A DNA stretch of 64,000 bases from positions 3,699 to 67,698 of the forward strand of contig JBBDJP010000006.1 in assembly GCA_040879805.1 (NCBI GenBank), given 5' to 3'. Source of the DNA: Candidatus Pacearchaeota archaeon (GTDB lineage: Archaea > Nanobdellota > Nanobdellia > Pacearchaeales > GW2011-AR1). Shown here piece by piece: positions 1 to 9,026 of the stretch. A program made the translations under genes and the position numbers. The number at the start of each line of letters is the position of its first letter. The stretch's first letter is position 1. The notes under the pieces were generated by a model. It was not told the origin of the DNA and ran no database searches. It saw only the letters and a program-made list of their open reading frames with translations.

Positions 1-880
1 TCTCTCTGTTGCCGACCTAGTATTTGTAAAAATTAGTGTAGTCTTATGTTTTTTTATCAAGTCAGATATTAATTCATACATCTTTTGGTGAATATTTTTA
101 TCTTCAATTATGTTCTTTACAGGAGATAAAACCTGAACATCTATTTTTTTATTCAGATTAACTTTTGCTATTTTTACAGACCTGTCTTTCCCAATTCCTA
201 CAAGATATTTGGCAACTTCTTCCATTGGTTCAATTGTAGCAGAAAGACCTATCTTAACTGGCCATGTTTCGGAAACTTCATTAAGCCTTTCAAGAGTCAG
301 GCTCAAATAAGTCCCTCTTTTATTATCAAGAGAATGAATTTCATCAAGTATACAAAATTCAGTCTTTCTTAAATTTTCAACAAATTTTTTAGAAGTTAAA
401 AGGATTGCAAGAGATTCTGGAGTAGTTACCAAAACATGAGGGGGATTCTTTGCCATCTTTTGCCTTTCGTAGGGAGTCGTATCACCAGTTCTCAATCCTA
501 CACGAATCTTTTGAAGCTTAATCTTTTTCTTCTCTGCAATTTCATTTATTTCTTCAAGAGGTTCTATTAGGTTTTTGTGAATGTCATTGCTTAATGCTTT
601 TAATGGAGATGTATAAACTGTATAAATTCTATTTTCAAGTTCTCCTTTCTCTGCAAGAATTACAAGATAATTAAGAATAGATAAAAATGCTGTAAGTGTT
701 TTTGTTCCGCCTGTTTCTGCAGAGATTAAAATATTTTCTCTTTTCCAAATAGGTAAAAGTCCATACTGCTGAGTCAAAGAAAAGTCTTCAAATTTTGAAA
801 AAAACCATTCCTTAACTAAAGGATGTAAAATTTTTTCTATGTCTTTCTTTTTCCGCTTTCTAACACCAGTTATTTTTGTC
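1..880 (-). CDS. lhr: Lhr-type SF2 ATP-dependent helicase, N-terminal part (gene continues past the window start)
   Basis: Absent from the ORF track because it runs off the window. My minus-strand translation from the ATG at 880-878 reads MTKITGVRKRKKKDIEKILHPLVKEWFFSKF...ILISAETGGTKTLTAFL...VLVTTPESLAILL...FCILDEIHSL...IGLSATI...TLIFTNTRSATER. The motif order I / Ia / DEIH / SAT and the HPLVxxWF start are Lhr-like. Confidence 0.7.
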
Positions 881-990
881 ATTCTTATAAAAGACTATGA
901 GTAGTTTTTAAAGTTGGGGTTGAAAACCTTCGACCACTTGAGGATAGTTATAAACCTTTAAATATAACTTAATTTTGTTTAATTCGAAAC

Positions 991-1038
991 ATACAATTTA
1001 TGGATGACAAAAGATATTTAAACTACAATATGTTGTAT
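991..1038 (+). promoter_or_regulatory. candidate tandem NrdR boxes overlapping the nrdR promoter
   Basis: ATACAATTTATGGATG (991-1006) and CTACAATATGTTGTAT (1023-1038) match the bacterial NrdR-box consensus acaCwAtATaTwGtgt at 10/16 and 12/16 positions by my count. Their centres are 32 bp apart. A TATA-like ATATTTAAA (1014-1022) lies between them, about 26 nt before the ATG at 1044, which suggests a leaderless transcript. Confidence 0.4.
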
Positions 1039-1043
1039 GTTGC

Positions 1044-1478
1044 ATGGAATGTCCATTTTGTTCAGCAAACACTAGGGTAACAGATAGAAGAAAATCTCCT
1101 CGGGGAATAAGAAGGCGACGTGAATGTCTAAAATGTAAAAAGAGATTCACTACTTATGAAAAAATAAGTAAGAGGGAACTTTACATAATTAAAAAAGATG
1201 GTAGTCGTGAGAAATTCTCTGAAGAAAAACTTGAATCTGGAATCCAGAGAGCATTTGAAAAAAGACCAGTTTCAAAAGAAAAAATTGAAAATATGATAAA
1301 TAAAATTGAAGATCAATTGTTCAAAAAAGGAAAAAAGGAAATCTCAAGTGAGATTGTAGGAGAAGTCGTGATGAAAAACATCAAAAAACTAGACAATGTT
1401 GCATATATAAGATTCGCATCAGTTTACAGGGATTTCCAAGACGTTAAGGATTTTAGAAAAGAATTGAAAGGATTGTAG
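1044..1478 (+). CDS. nrdR: NrdR transcriptional repressor (Zn ribbon + ATP-cone)
   Basis: MECPFCSANTRVTDRR...RRRRECLKCKKRFTTYE followed by ...VAYIRFASVYRDFQDVKDF. This is near-collinear with bacterial NrdR (CPFC...RRRxC..C..RFTT...AYIRFASVYR). Confidence 0.9.
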   Translation: MECPFCSANTRVTDRRKSPRGIRRRRECLKCKKRFTTYEKISKRELYIIKKDGSREKFSEEKLESGIQRAFEKRPVSKEKIENMINKIEDQLFKKGKKEISSEIVGEVVMKNIKKLDNVAYIRFASVYRDFQDVKDFRKELKGL

Positions 1479-1545
1479 AAAAGAAATATGGAAATATATA
1501 TTCAAGTAAATATTAATTTAAAAATAAAAGAGGTAATAAAAAAAT

Positions 1546-4500
1546 ATGGCTGATAAAGAAACTGGGGGCTTGGAAAAAATATCTTTTAATGAAAATGTAG
1601 TGCCTGGATATAAAACAGTCCTTTTTGAAACAGGAGGGAAATATTCTCCCATGCTTCTTAATGGATACGATAGAGAAAGGCATATTCCTGTAGAAGATTC
1701 TTACAAACTAATTGAAAACCAAAATGATCAATACTTAGATGAAGGAAAGCTGGAAAAAGCCATTGAAAATGGGGAAATAAAGGTTTATGAGTTTAAAGGG
1801 GAAGAATTTTTAGATAGATTAGATGTAGGAAGAGTTTTCCATGAAACTTCTAAAGAAAAAGAAGGTGTAATAGTTGACAGATATTTCTCATCAGGATATG
1901 AAGACCCTCTCAATTCATCAGAGTATGATGTTAGACATTTGAAGATTCAAGATTTCAAAACAGGTGAAACTATCTTCGAAATAGAAAATGCGGAAATGCC
2001 CACATGGATGGATGATGTTTCCGCTCAAATTGTTGCTCAAAAATATTTCTTCAAACCAGACAAAAAAGAATGGAAAGAAAAAATAAAAAATACAATAGGT
2101 TCAGACCATGAATACTCTTTAAAACATTTAAACAAAAGAGTCGCTGACTTCTTTACTGACGAAGGATGGAAATTTGAATATTTCAAATCGGAAGAAGACC
2201 GAGAAAATTTTAGAAATGAATTATATTTTTTGCAGGCGAAAGGGATAGGCGCATTTAATTCACCAACACAATTCAATGCAGGATTATTTAATTCTTATGG
2301 AATAGAGGGAAGTCCTGGCATAAATTATTGGAAGGACCCTGAAACAGGTGAAGTAAAAAAAGTTACTAATGGAGAATATATACATCCTCAACTTCATGCT
2401 TGTTTTATCAAAGGTCCTAATGATAATCTTGAAAGTATAGCACAAAATGTTGTAGACGAAATAGCTATATTTTCTTCAGGATCCGGTATTGGACATGATA
2501 TTGGAAAATTAAGAGGAAATGGAGAAAAACTTTCGGGAGGAGGGCAAGCCTCAGGTACGATGAGTTTCTTTGAAATATATGATAAAGTTGCAGGAGCAAT
2601 TAAGTCCGGTGGAAAAACTAGGAGGGCTGCAAGAATGACAACCATGAGGTATAATCACAGAGATGTTATTGAATTTGTAAGGTCAAAAGTCAAGGAAGAC
2701 AGAAAGGCAAAAACCCTCATGGAAAATGGATTTAGTGGAGGAATGGATGGTGAAGCATATACAACTGTTGCCCTACAAAATACAAATTTATCTGTAAGAG
2801 CAGATGATGAATTTTTTAAGGCAGTAGAAGAAGGTAGAGAAATTGGATTACGTAATGTTAATGATGGAAAAATTGTAAAAAAAGTTTCTTCTGAAAGGAT
2901 GTTAAAGGAAATTGCTTTTGGAAGTTGGAGAATAGGAGATCCTGCAATTCAATATGAATCAAAAATTCAGGAGATGCATACTGCAAAAAACTCTGGAAGA
3001 CAGAATTCAACAAATCCTTGTTCAGAATATTTATTCTTAGATGATACTTCTTGTAGCCTCTATTCTTTAAGATTGACTCACTTTTTAGAAGAAGATGGAA
3101 GTTTTAATGTTGAAGATTTCAAAAAAGCAAATAGGGTCTTTTCTATCGCTCAAAATATAGCAAACAAATCGGCCTCATATCCTGTTAAAGAAATTGCTCA
3201 AATAAGTACTGAGTTTGAAACAATTGGTGCAGGGTATGCAGATCTTGGTTCATTGTTGATGAGAAAAGGAATTCCCTACAACTCTGAAAAAGGGCGTGCG
3301 ATTACAGGAGCAATAACCTCTGTATTAACAGGATCTGCATATGAAACATCTTCAGAAATTGCAAAAGCAAACGGATCTTTTACTCATTTTGAATTTAATA
3401 AGAAACCCATGGTTGAAGTTATGAAAAAACATAAGAAAAATCTGGATGATATTCTGTGGGAAGAAATTGATGATGAAAACCTCAAAAAAGCTGCATACGA
3501 TTCTTGGGGAAATGTTATAGAACAAGGAGAAAGGCATGGATTTAGCAATGCACAGGCTACGGTTTTAGCACCTACAGGAACCATTTCATACTTAATGGGA
3601 TGTAGTACTACAGGCATTGAACCCGCAATGTCTCTAAGAATAACAAAAAATTTGGCTGGAGGAGGAAATGTGATCATTGCGAATAAAGATGTTGAGATTG
3701 CATTAAATAACTTAGGATATAATGAATCTGAAATTGCAGATATTTCAAAATATGTTGGAAAACGAAATACTTTGAGGAATGCTCCTCATGTTAAACCTGA
3801 ACACTATCCTATTTTTGATACTGCTTTTGGAAATGTTGAAGGAGAAGGAAGTATTTCTTTTGAAGGACATCTAAGAATGGTTGGGGCTGCCCAGCCGTTT
3901 ATTTCTGGAGCAATATCTAAGACTAATAATCTTCCTGAAAGTGCAACAGTAAAAGACATTTATGATGGATACTTGCTTGGAAGGGATTTAGGTCTAAAAG
4001 CAATTTCTGTCTTTAGGAATAATAGTAAACCTATAAGTGCTGTCAGCTTTGGAGATAAAGATAATAAAAAATTTGGAAGAGGTGAAAAAGAAGATCTTCC
4101 TAATAGCAGAGACTCTCACGAATGGGAAGTTGAGATAGGAGGTACACCCTTACATATCATAACTAGTGAATATGAAGATGGGCGACCTGGACAAATTACT
4201 TTCCTAAGTTATAAATCAGGATCTACGGTTGGATCTTTACTAACTACTTCAGGAATTTCTGCATCCAAATCACTTAAGAGAGGAATACATCTAGACGATG
4301 TCGTGGCTGGATGGGAAGGCCAACAATTTGAACCTCTAGGATTAGTAAGAGGACACAAATATATCAAAACTGCTAATTCTCCTCTAGATTTTGCTCAAAA
4401 ATTGTTAAGATTAGAATATCGTGGAGATACTGATGTAGCTAACGAACCTGAAAAAGTAAATATTAACGATTTAAGAGGTTTCCAAAACGGTGCTTTCAGA

Positions 4501-4743
4501 ACCTATGAAAGAATGAACTTTGACGATTGGGATATAGAACAAGTTTTGAATGATTCCGAAACAGGAGGATTTGTAAAAAATTCAAATGGTAAAAATATTG
4601 TTAATGGAAAAAGAAATAATAAGAAAGGAAACAATTCTAATGGAAAATCATGTAGCACTTGTGGAAATTTGATGGTGCAAACAGCTCCAAATTGTTTTGA
4701 ATGTCCAAATTGTGGGGATAAGATTGGAGGGTGCGGAGCCTAA
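1546..4743 (+). CDS. nrdJ: class II (adenosylcobalamin-type) ribonucleotide reductase with C-terminal Cys-rich tail
   Basis: Contains SAQIVAQKYFF, the active-site region STNPCSEYLF, and the tail CSTCGN...CFECPNCGDKIGGCGA. It has no ATP-cone, and the N-terminal ~100 aa are unassigned. Confidence 0.85.
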   Translation: MADKETGGLEKISFNENVVPGYKTVLFETGGKYSPMLLNGYDRERHIPVEDSYKLIENQNDQYLDEGKLEKAIENGEIKVYEFKGEEFLDRLDVGRVFHETSKEKEGVIVDRYFSSGYEDPLNSSEYDVRHLKIQDFKTGETIFEIENAEMPTWMDDVSAQIVAQKYFFKPDKKEWKEKIKNTIGSDHEYSLKHLNKRVADFFTDEGWKFEYFKSEEDRENFRNELYFLQAKGIGAFNSPTQFNAGLFNSYGIEGSPGINYWKDPETGEVKKVTNGEYIHPQLHACFIKGPNDNLESIAQNVVDEIAIFSSGSGIGHDIGKLRGNGEKLSGGGQASGTMSFFEIYDKVAGAIKSGGKTRRAARMTTMRYNHRDVIEFVRSKVKEDRKAKTLMENGFSGGMDGEAYTTVALQNTNLSVRADDEFFKAVEEGREIGLRNVNDGKIVKKVSSERMLKEIAFGSWRIGDPAIQYESKIQEMHTAKNSGRQNSTNPCSEYLFLDDTSCSLYSLRLTHFLEEDGSFNVEDFKKANRVFSIAQNIANKSASYPVKEIAQISTEFETIGAGYADLGSLLMRKGIPYNSEKGRAITGAITSVLTGSAYETSSEIAKANGSFTHFEFNKKPMVEVMKKHKKNLDDILWEEIDDENLKKAAYDSWGNVIEQGERHGFSNAQATVLAPTGTISYLMGCSTTGIEPAMSLRITKNLAGGGNVIIANKDVEIALNNLGYNESEIADISKYVGKRNTLRNAPHVKPEHYPIFDTAFGNVEGEGSISFEGHLRMVGAAQPFISGAISKTNNLPESATVKDIYDGYLLGRDLGLKAISVFRNNSKPISAVSFGDKDNKKFGRGEKEDLPNSRDSHEWEVEIGGTPLHIITSEYEDGRPGQITFLSYKSGSTVGSLLTTSGISASKSLKRGIHLDDVVAGWEGQQFEPLGLVRGHKYIKTANSPLDFAQKLLRLEYRGDTDVANEPEKVNINDLRGFQNGAFRTYERMNFDDWDIEQVLNDSETGGFVKNSNGKNIVNGKRNNKKGNNSNGKSCSTCGNLMVQTAPNCFECPNCGDKIGGCGA

Positions 4744-4797
4744 TCATATATTCTCAAAAGGACAAATTAATTTAAATGATATTCGTTTTTCCTTTTT

Positions 4798-5577
4798 ATG
4801 GATTTTAAACCTATTAGTTTAGATATTGATGGTCGTGAAGAGAAACTTTCTAAAATAAAAAGATATGTTCATGAAAGATTTCCATTAATGTTTTACAGAA
4901 CAGATGATTTAATTCATTCTAAGAGAGTCCGATATCATTTAGAAGATGCTGCTGAGGATATTTTCTTTGTTTATGGTAAAGGATTTGATTTTGATTATGC
5001 ACGAACACTCGCAGAAGTTCATGATGATCTTGAGATACTTGAAGGAGATACTACCCTGTTTGAAAAGGAAAGAATGAGTCAAGAAGAATTAAGTTCTTTG
5101 GAAAAAGGAGAATTAAACTCGATTCCAAAATTTCTTGAAGAATATGGAGATTTTGTCAATGGTTACAACTATGAAGGTTTGCTTTTAGATGCAAAGACAA
5201 AAGGAAGTATTGAGGCAAAATTTGTTTCGTTTTTTGACAAGTACGATGGAGGCGGTGAAGCTTGGCATGAAGTTTGGGCAAGTAATCAGGATTTTGTTCT
5301 TCCTGCAGGAGGTAAGAATGGAATGACTGGTGGATATATAAGAAGGCTTAATGAGTTCCCAAGAAAGTATCTTCATATGAAAAATTTCTTTGAAATATTC
5401 CCAGAATATTTACCTGAGCCTTTTGACTTCAAATCTGCTGCAGACAAAGGAAAATTACACGCTTTAGAATCACTGAAAGAAGACAGCGGTTTTCCACTTT
5501 ATGAAAGATGGAAGAAAACGATAATTGAAAGAGAAGGGATTGAAAATCTTATTGTACCTGTAGAATTTAGAACATAA
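4798..5577 (+). CDS. HD-domain phosphohydrolase, possibly a YfbR-like 5'-deoxynucleotidase
   Basis: H...HD...D pattern (HSKRVRYHLED ... LAEVHDDLEILEGDT). The gene lies inside a dNTP-metabolism cluster. The function is inferred. Confidence 0.5.
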   Translation: MDFKPISLDIDGREEKLSKIKRYVHERFPLMFYRTDDLIHSKRVRYHLEDAAEDIFFVYGKGFDFDYARTLAEVHDDLEILEGDTTLFEKERMSQEELSSLEKGELNSIPKFLEEYGDFVNGYNYEGLLLDAKTKGSIEAKFVSFFDKYDGGGEAWHEVWASNQDFVLPAGGKNGMTGGYIRRLNEFPRKYLHMKNFFEIFPEYLPEPFDFKSAADKGKLHALESLKEDSGFPLYERWKKTIIEREGIENLIVPVEFRT

Positions 5578-5614
5578 AAATTTAAAAAATAAAGGACCTA
5601 TTCAAAAAAAGAAA

Positions 5615-6208
5615 ATGAAAATATCTGCCGTAAGAATTCTTGAGTTAAATGAAAAATACAATTTGATTGGAGGTCTTTCTGAAAGAGAATTAAAAAATCC
5701 TGAAGGTTCTGGAATCGATTTACGTGTTGGCCAGGTTCATAAAATAATTAGTGATAGTTTTCTTGGAGCAGACGGAACAAGTAGAGAAAGATATTCTTCT
5801 AAAACTGATTTGATAGGTGATGTAGAAAAAGATGGAAATAAATCGATAACTCTCAAACCAGGAGAATATGTCCTTGTTACAACAATTGAAGTCATAAATG
5901 CTCCTGCAGAAAAAATAAAATTTGATGAAAAATTTCCTGAAGGTTATATGATTCCGAAAATCTGGCCGCGAAGCTCTTTACAGAGAGGTGGGGTGAGTTT
6001 TCATGCAACAAAAACTGATCCTGGATACAAAGGTAAATTAGCTTTTGGAATAAAAAATCAAGGTTCTGAGGATTTCACTTTTGAACTGGGTGCAAGAATG
6101 TTTAATATTGAATATGAGCCAGTTCTTGGAGAGATTAATCGTGCTTATTCTGGTCAACATCAAGGTGGGAGAGTCACAAGTCAAGGAAAAAAAGAAGTTC
6201 AGAATTAA
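5615..6208 (+). CDS. dcd: dCTP deaminase / dUTPase-family protein
   Basis: IWPRSSLQRGGVSFHATKTDPGYKGKLAFGIKN is typical of the trimeric dUTPase/Dcd fold. The length (197 aa) fits. Confidence 0.8.
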   Translation: MKISAVRILELNEKYNLIGGLSERELKNPEGSGIDLRVGQVHKIISDSFLGADGTSRERYSSKTDLIGDVEKDGNKSITLKPGEYVLVTTIEVINAPAEKIKFDEKFPEGYMIPKIWPRSSLQRGGVSFHATKTDPGYKGKLAFGIKNQGSEDFTFELGARMFNIEYEPVLGEINRAYSGQHQGGRVTSQGKKEVQN

Positions 6209-6209
6209 A

Positions 6210-6647
6210 ATGGTTGAACAAACTCTGGCGTTACAAGAAAAACAAAATTATTGTGTGTGTGCAGTCTTGCAAAATATTTTTATAAAATATGATATTCATT
6301 TGTCTCAAGAAGATATTGCGAAAAGTTTAACACCATCTGAAAAAGGATTTTATGTGGATGATAAAAATTTCTATAATTTTATGAATCTTGTTGGACTTAA
6401 ATACAAATACTACTTCCACAATGAAACTCCTTTTAACGAGCCTGAAACGCTTCTTGAAGAAATGTCAAATACAAATGGATTTATAGGGCATCATAATCAT
6501 GTTTATCTTTTAGAAAATTTTAAGGATCCTATTGTTAAGATGGTAGATCCTAAAGACAATAGAATAATATCTAGAAATTTAGAAAAATTAATGTTAAATC
6601 TTAAATCTGGCCGCGGTTTTTTTGGACTTGTTAAAAGAGTTGAATAG
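6210..6647 (+). CDS. hypothetical protein with a papain/C39-like Gln-Cys...His arrangement
   Basis: I trimmed track ORF 6081-6647 to the in-frame ATG at 6210, directly after the dcd stop. QEKQNYCVCAVLQN ... GFIGHHNHVYLL ... DPKD resembles the Q/C/H/D order of small cysteine-peptidase-like folds. The assignment is weak. Confidence 0.35.
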   Translation: MVEQTLALQEKQNYCVCAVLQNIFIKYDIHLSQEDIAKSLTPSEKGFYVDDKNFYNFMNLVGLKYKYYFHNETPFNEPETLLEEMSNTNGFIGHHNHVYLLENFKDPIVKMVDPKDNRIISRNLEKLMLNLKSGRGFFGLVKRVE

Positions 6648-6666
6648 ATTTTGCATTACAATTATC

Positions 6667-6674
6667 TTTAAAAA
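6667..6674 (+). promoter_or_regulatory. TATA-like box (TTTAAAAA) for thyA
   Basis: CTTTAAAAATA starts ~30 nt upstream of the ATG at 6696. The same (A/C)TTTAAAA motif precedes S12, EF-2, EF-1a, the tRNAs and the SRP RNA. Confidence 0.45.
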
Positions 6675-6695
6675 TAAAGGTTATTTAGGAAAAAT

Positions 6696-7844
6696 ATGAC
6701 GGAACAATATCTTGAACATGCATTAAAAATTCTGACTTCACCTTATTCACAAGTTAAGGGAAATAGTAAGGAAACTGGATTAATCTCCCTTTTTGGAGGA
6801 GAATCTTATCATGATCTTCAGGAGGGATACCCTATTGTGACTACTAGGAAACTTCCAATAAAATGGGCAACACATGAACTTATATGGTTCTTAAAGGGAG
6901 ATACTAATATTAAATATCTTGAAGATAATGGAGTTCCATACTGGAGAAAAGATACTTTCCAACACAATCTTCCAAAAATGGTTGAAGAAGGAATTTATCC
7001 TGATGGACTCAAAAAATATTCTAATGAATGGGAGGAAGCAACTAAAGATTTTGGTCAAAGAATTATGGAAGATGAAACTTTTGCAAAAAAGTGGGGTGAT
7101 GCAGGTCCTGTTTATCCTGGACTCTGGAGACATTGGCCAGAATATATTCCCATAACATTAGATAATAAACCAATTCTTAAAGATGGAAAACCAGTGCAAC
7201 TTTATATAAGAGATAAAGAAGGAATTGACCAACTAGCAGAATTTTTTGAAAAGGCAAAGAAAAACCCTACAAGTAAAAGACATATAATTTCTGCATGGGA
7301 GGTTTCAGAAGTTCCAAATATGTCTCTTCCATCCTGCCATACGCTTTACCAAATAAATGTAAATCAAAGAAACGATTCACTTGAAGTTAAATTGCATCAA
7401 AGAAGTGGAGATTATTTCTTAGGAATTGCAGCAAACCAAGCTCAATATTCAGATCTTACAATAATTCTTGCAAACCAATTAGGACTTAAACCCGGAAGGT
7501 TCATACATAGTTTTGGAGATGCTCATTTTTATTTTCCTCTTGGAAAAACAGATAGGTGGCTTCGAGAAAATTTTGAAGAATTCCAACAAAATATAAAGAA
7601 TGTCAAAGATAGGGATGGATACTCTGAAGTACTTGATTGGATGGTTAAGGGAATTGATGAAAAAGATTCTGAAAAAAATGATTATAATCATGTAACTGCA
7701 ATTCTTGAACAATTATCAAGAGAACCATTTCCTAAAGCTAAAAGAGAAATTGCAAACAAGCCAATAGATCAATTAACAATTGATGATTTTAAGCTTATAG
7801 GATATAATTCACATCCTGCAATCAGAAGAAAAATGGCAGTTTAG
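6696..7844 (+). CDS. thyA: thymidylate synthase (ThyA type), with insertions
   Basis: PSCHTLYQINV (catalytic Cys), HQRSGDYFLGIAANQAQYSDLT and FGDAHFY are present. At 382 aa it is longer than typical ThyA. Confidence 0.85.
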   Translation: MTEQYLEHALKILTSPYSQVKGNSKETGLISLFGGESYHDLQEGYPIVTTRKLPIKWATHELIWFLKGDTNIKYLEDNGVPYWRKDTFQHNLPKMVEEGIYPDGLKKYSNEWEEATKDFGQRIMEDETFAKKWGDAGPVYPGLWRHWPEYIPITLDNKPILKDGKPVQLYIRDKEGIDQLAEFFEKAKKNPTSKRHIISAWEVSEVPNMSLPSCHTLYQINVNQRNDSLEVKLHQRSGDYFLGIAANQAQYSDLTIILANQLGLKPGRFIHSFGDAHFYFPLGKTDRWLRENFEEFQQNIKNVKDRDGYSEVLDWMVKGIDEKDSEKNDYNHVTAILEQLSREPFPKAKREIANKPIDQLTIDDFKLIGYNSHPAIRRKMAV

Positions 7845-7887
7845 AAAAGTAAATTTTATAAACACATTTCTATCTAATTAATTCAAG

Positions 7888-8208
7888 ATGTCAAACGTTA
7901 CAGAACTTGTTAATGGAAATGAATTTAATGATTTTACAAAAGAAGGTTTTGTTCTTGTAGATTTTTATGCTGACTGGTGTATGCCTTGTGTTATGATGTC
8001 TCCAGTGATTGATGATCTATCTGAAAAGTTTGATGGGAAAATAAAATTTGCAAAAATTAACGTTGATGAAAATCAAGAACTTGCCCAAAAGTTTCAAGTT
8101 GTTTCAATTCCAAATTTCATTTTTTTCAAAGACGGTGAAATCAAAGAAAGGTTCATGGGCGCTATGCCTTTTGAAGAATTCGAAGAAAAGTTGAATGAAC
8201 AATTATAG
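7888..8208 (+). CDS. trxA: thioredoxin
   Basis: VLVDFYADWCMPCVMMSP (CxxC active site, here CMPC) and VVSIPNFIFFKDGE. Length 106 aa. Confidence 0.85.
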   Translation: MSNVTELVNGNEFNDFTKEGFVLVDFYADWCMPCVMMSPVIDDLSEKFDGKIKFAKINVDENQELAQKFQVVSIPNFIFFKDGEIKERFMGAMPFEEFEEKLNEQL

Positions 8209-8264
8209 ATATTTCTGTAGTGAAAGAATAATTTTATAAACTATTTCACAATTAATTCTGTAGC

Positions 8265-8338
8265 GGCTCCGTAGCTCAGCCTGGCAGAGCACTGGACTTT
8301 TAATCCAGGTGTCGAGGGTTCAAATCCCTCCGGGGCCA
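8265..8338 (+). tRNA. tRNA-Lys (anticodon UUU)
   Basis: Cloverleaf read by hand: acceptor GGCTCCG/CGGGGCC, D arm AGCTC..GAGC, anticodon arm CTGGA-CTTTTAA-TCCAG, T arm GAGGG-TTCAAAT-CCCTC, discriminator A. Confidence 0.9.
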
Positions 8339-8342
8339 TTTA

Positions 8343-8669
8343 ATGAATAAATTGATGAGACAGTTCCCGTTTGCAACAATTTTTGCTTTGGCAGGATTCT
8401 TTGTAGGGATTTCTATATTATTTAGTCTTGATTTTTTTACAGCATATGATTTAAATCTAATCTCAGAAAATCCAATAGAATCTTTAATTGAATACTTTAG
8501 GGAATCTTTCTCACAAGCAGGAAAAGCTTTGATAAAAGGTGTTATTTTAGGTTTTGTTCTTGGATCTGTCCTAGGAATTGGAGGGTTTATTATAGACTTT
8601 TTGAGAAAAAATCCTGAACCAAAAGCCCTTTCAAGTAAGAAAAGCCAGAAAATATTGTATGAAAGGTGA
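8343..8669 (+). CDS. small membrane protein (hypothetical)
   Basis: Two hydrophobic segments (FATIFALAGFFVGISILF and VILGFVLGSVLGIGGFII). No recognised family. Confidence 0.45.
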   Translation: MNKLMRQFPFATIFALAGFFVGISILFSLDFFTAYDLNLISENPIESLIEYFRESFSQAGKALIKGVILGFVLGSVLGIGGFIIDFLRKNPEPKALSSKKSQKILYER

Positions 8670-8793
8670 AATTATACGAAACATTTAAAAACGAAAATTT
8701 AGTTTCTTTTATTATCGGGAAGTTATTATAAAAATATATAAGGGTACTTCGTGCCTATATTCCCTTACCTAAATTTGCTTGCAAAAACTCTAA

Positions 8794-9009
8794 ATGCATA
8801 TTCTACACCCAAAACACGTTAAGCTTGATGAAAAAGAAGTCAAAGATCTTCTTGGTGATCTCAATATTTCAAAGTCCCAATTACCAAAAATTCTATCAAG
8901 CGATCCAGGATTACCTGAAAACTGCAATGTAGGTGATATTGTTAGGATAGAAAGAAAAAGTCAAAAAGATGGAAAGGAGCAACATATATATTACAGAGTT
9001 GTTGTTTGA
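8794..9009 (+). CDS. rpoH: RNA polymerase subunit H (Rpo5)
   Basis: HILHPKHVKLDEKEVKDLL...LPKILSSDPG...GDIVRIERKS...IYYRVV. It sits immediately upstream of rpoB. Confidence 0.8.
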   Translation: MHILHPKHVKLDEKEVKDLLGDLNISKSQLPKILSSDPGLPENCNVGDIVRIERKSQKDGKEQHIYYRVVV

Positions 9010-9026
9010 TTGACAATTTTATTAAA

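Noticed and set aside
1546-4743. An intein or ATP-cone as the explanation for the 1065-aa length of the RNR.
   Set aside because: There is no Cys/Ser-...-HN(C/S/T) intein junction pattern and no homing-endonuclease blocks. The extra length is an N-terminal extension plus scattered insertions. No ATP-cone (VxKRDG...) motif is present.
6081-6209. The long N-terminal extensions proposed by the ORF track: 6081, 16141, 24782, 28854, 50741, 52984 and 57546.
   Set aside because: They begin at non-ATG codons, overlap the preceding gene or a repeat element, and encode hydrophobic or low-complexity junk. In-frame ATGs with better context give proteins that start at the expected conserved N-termini.
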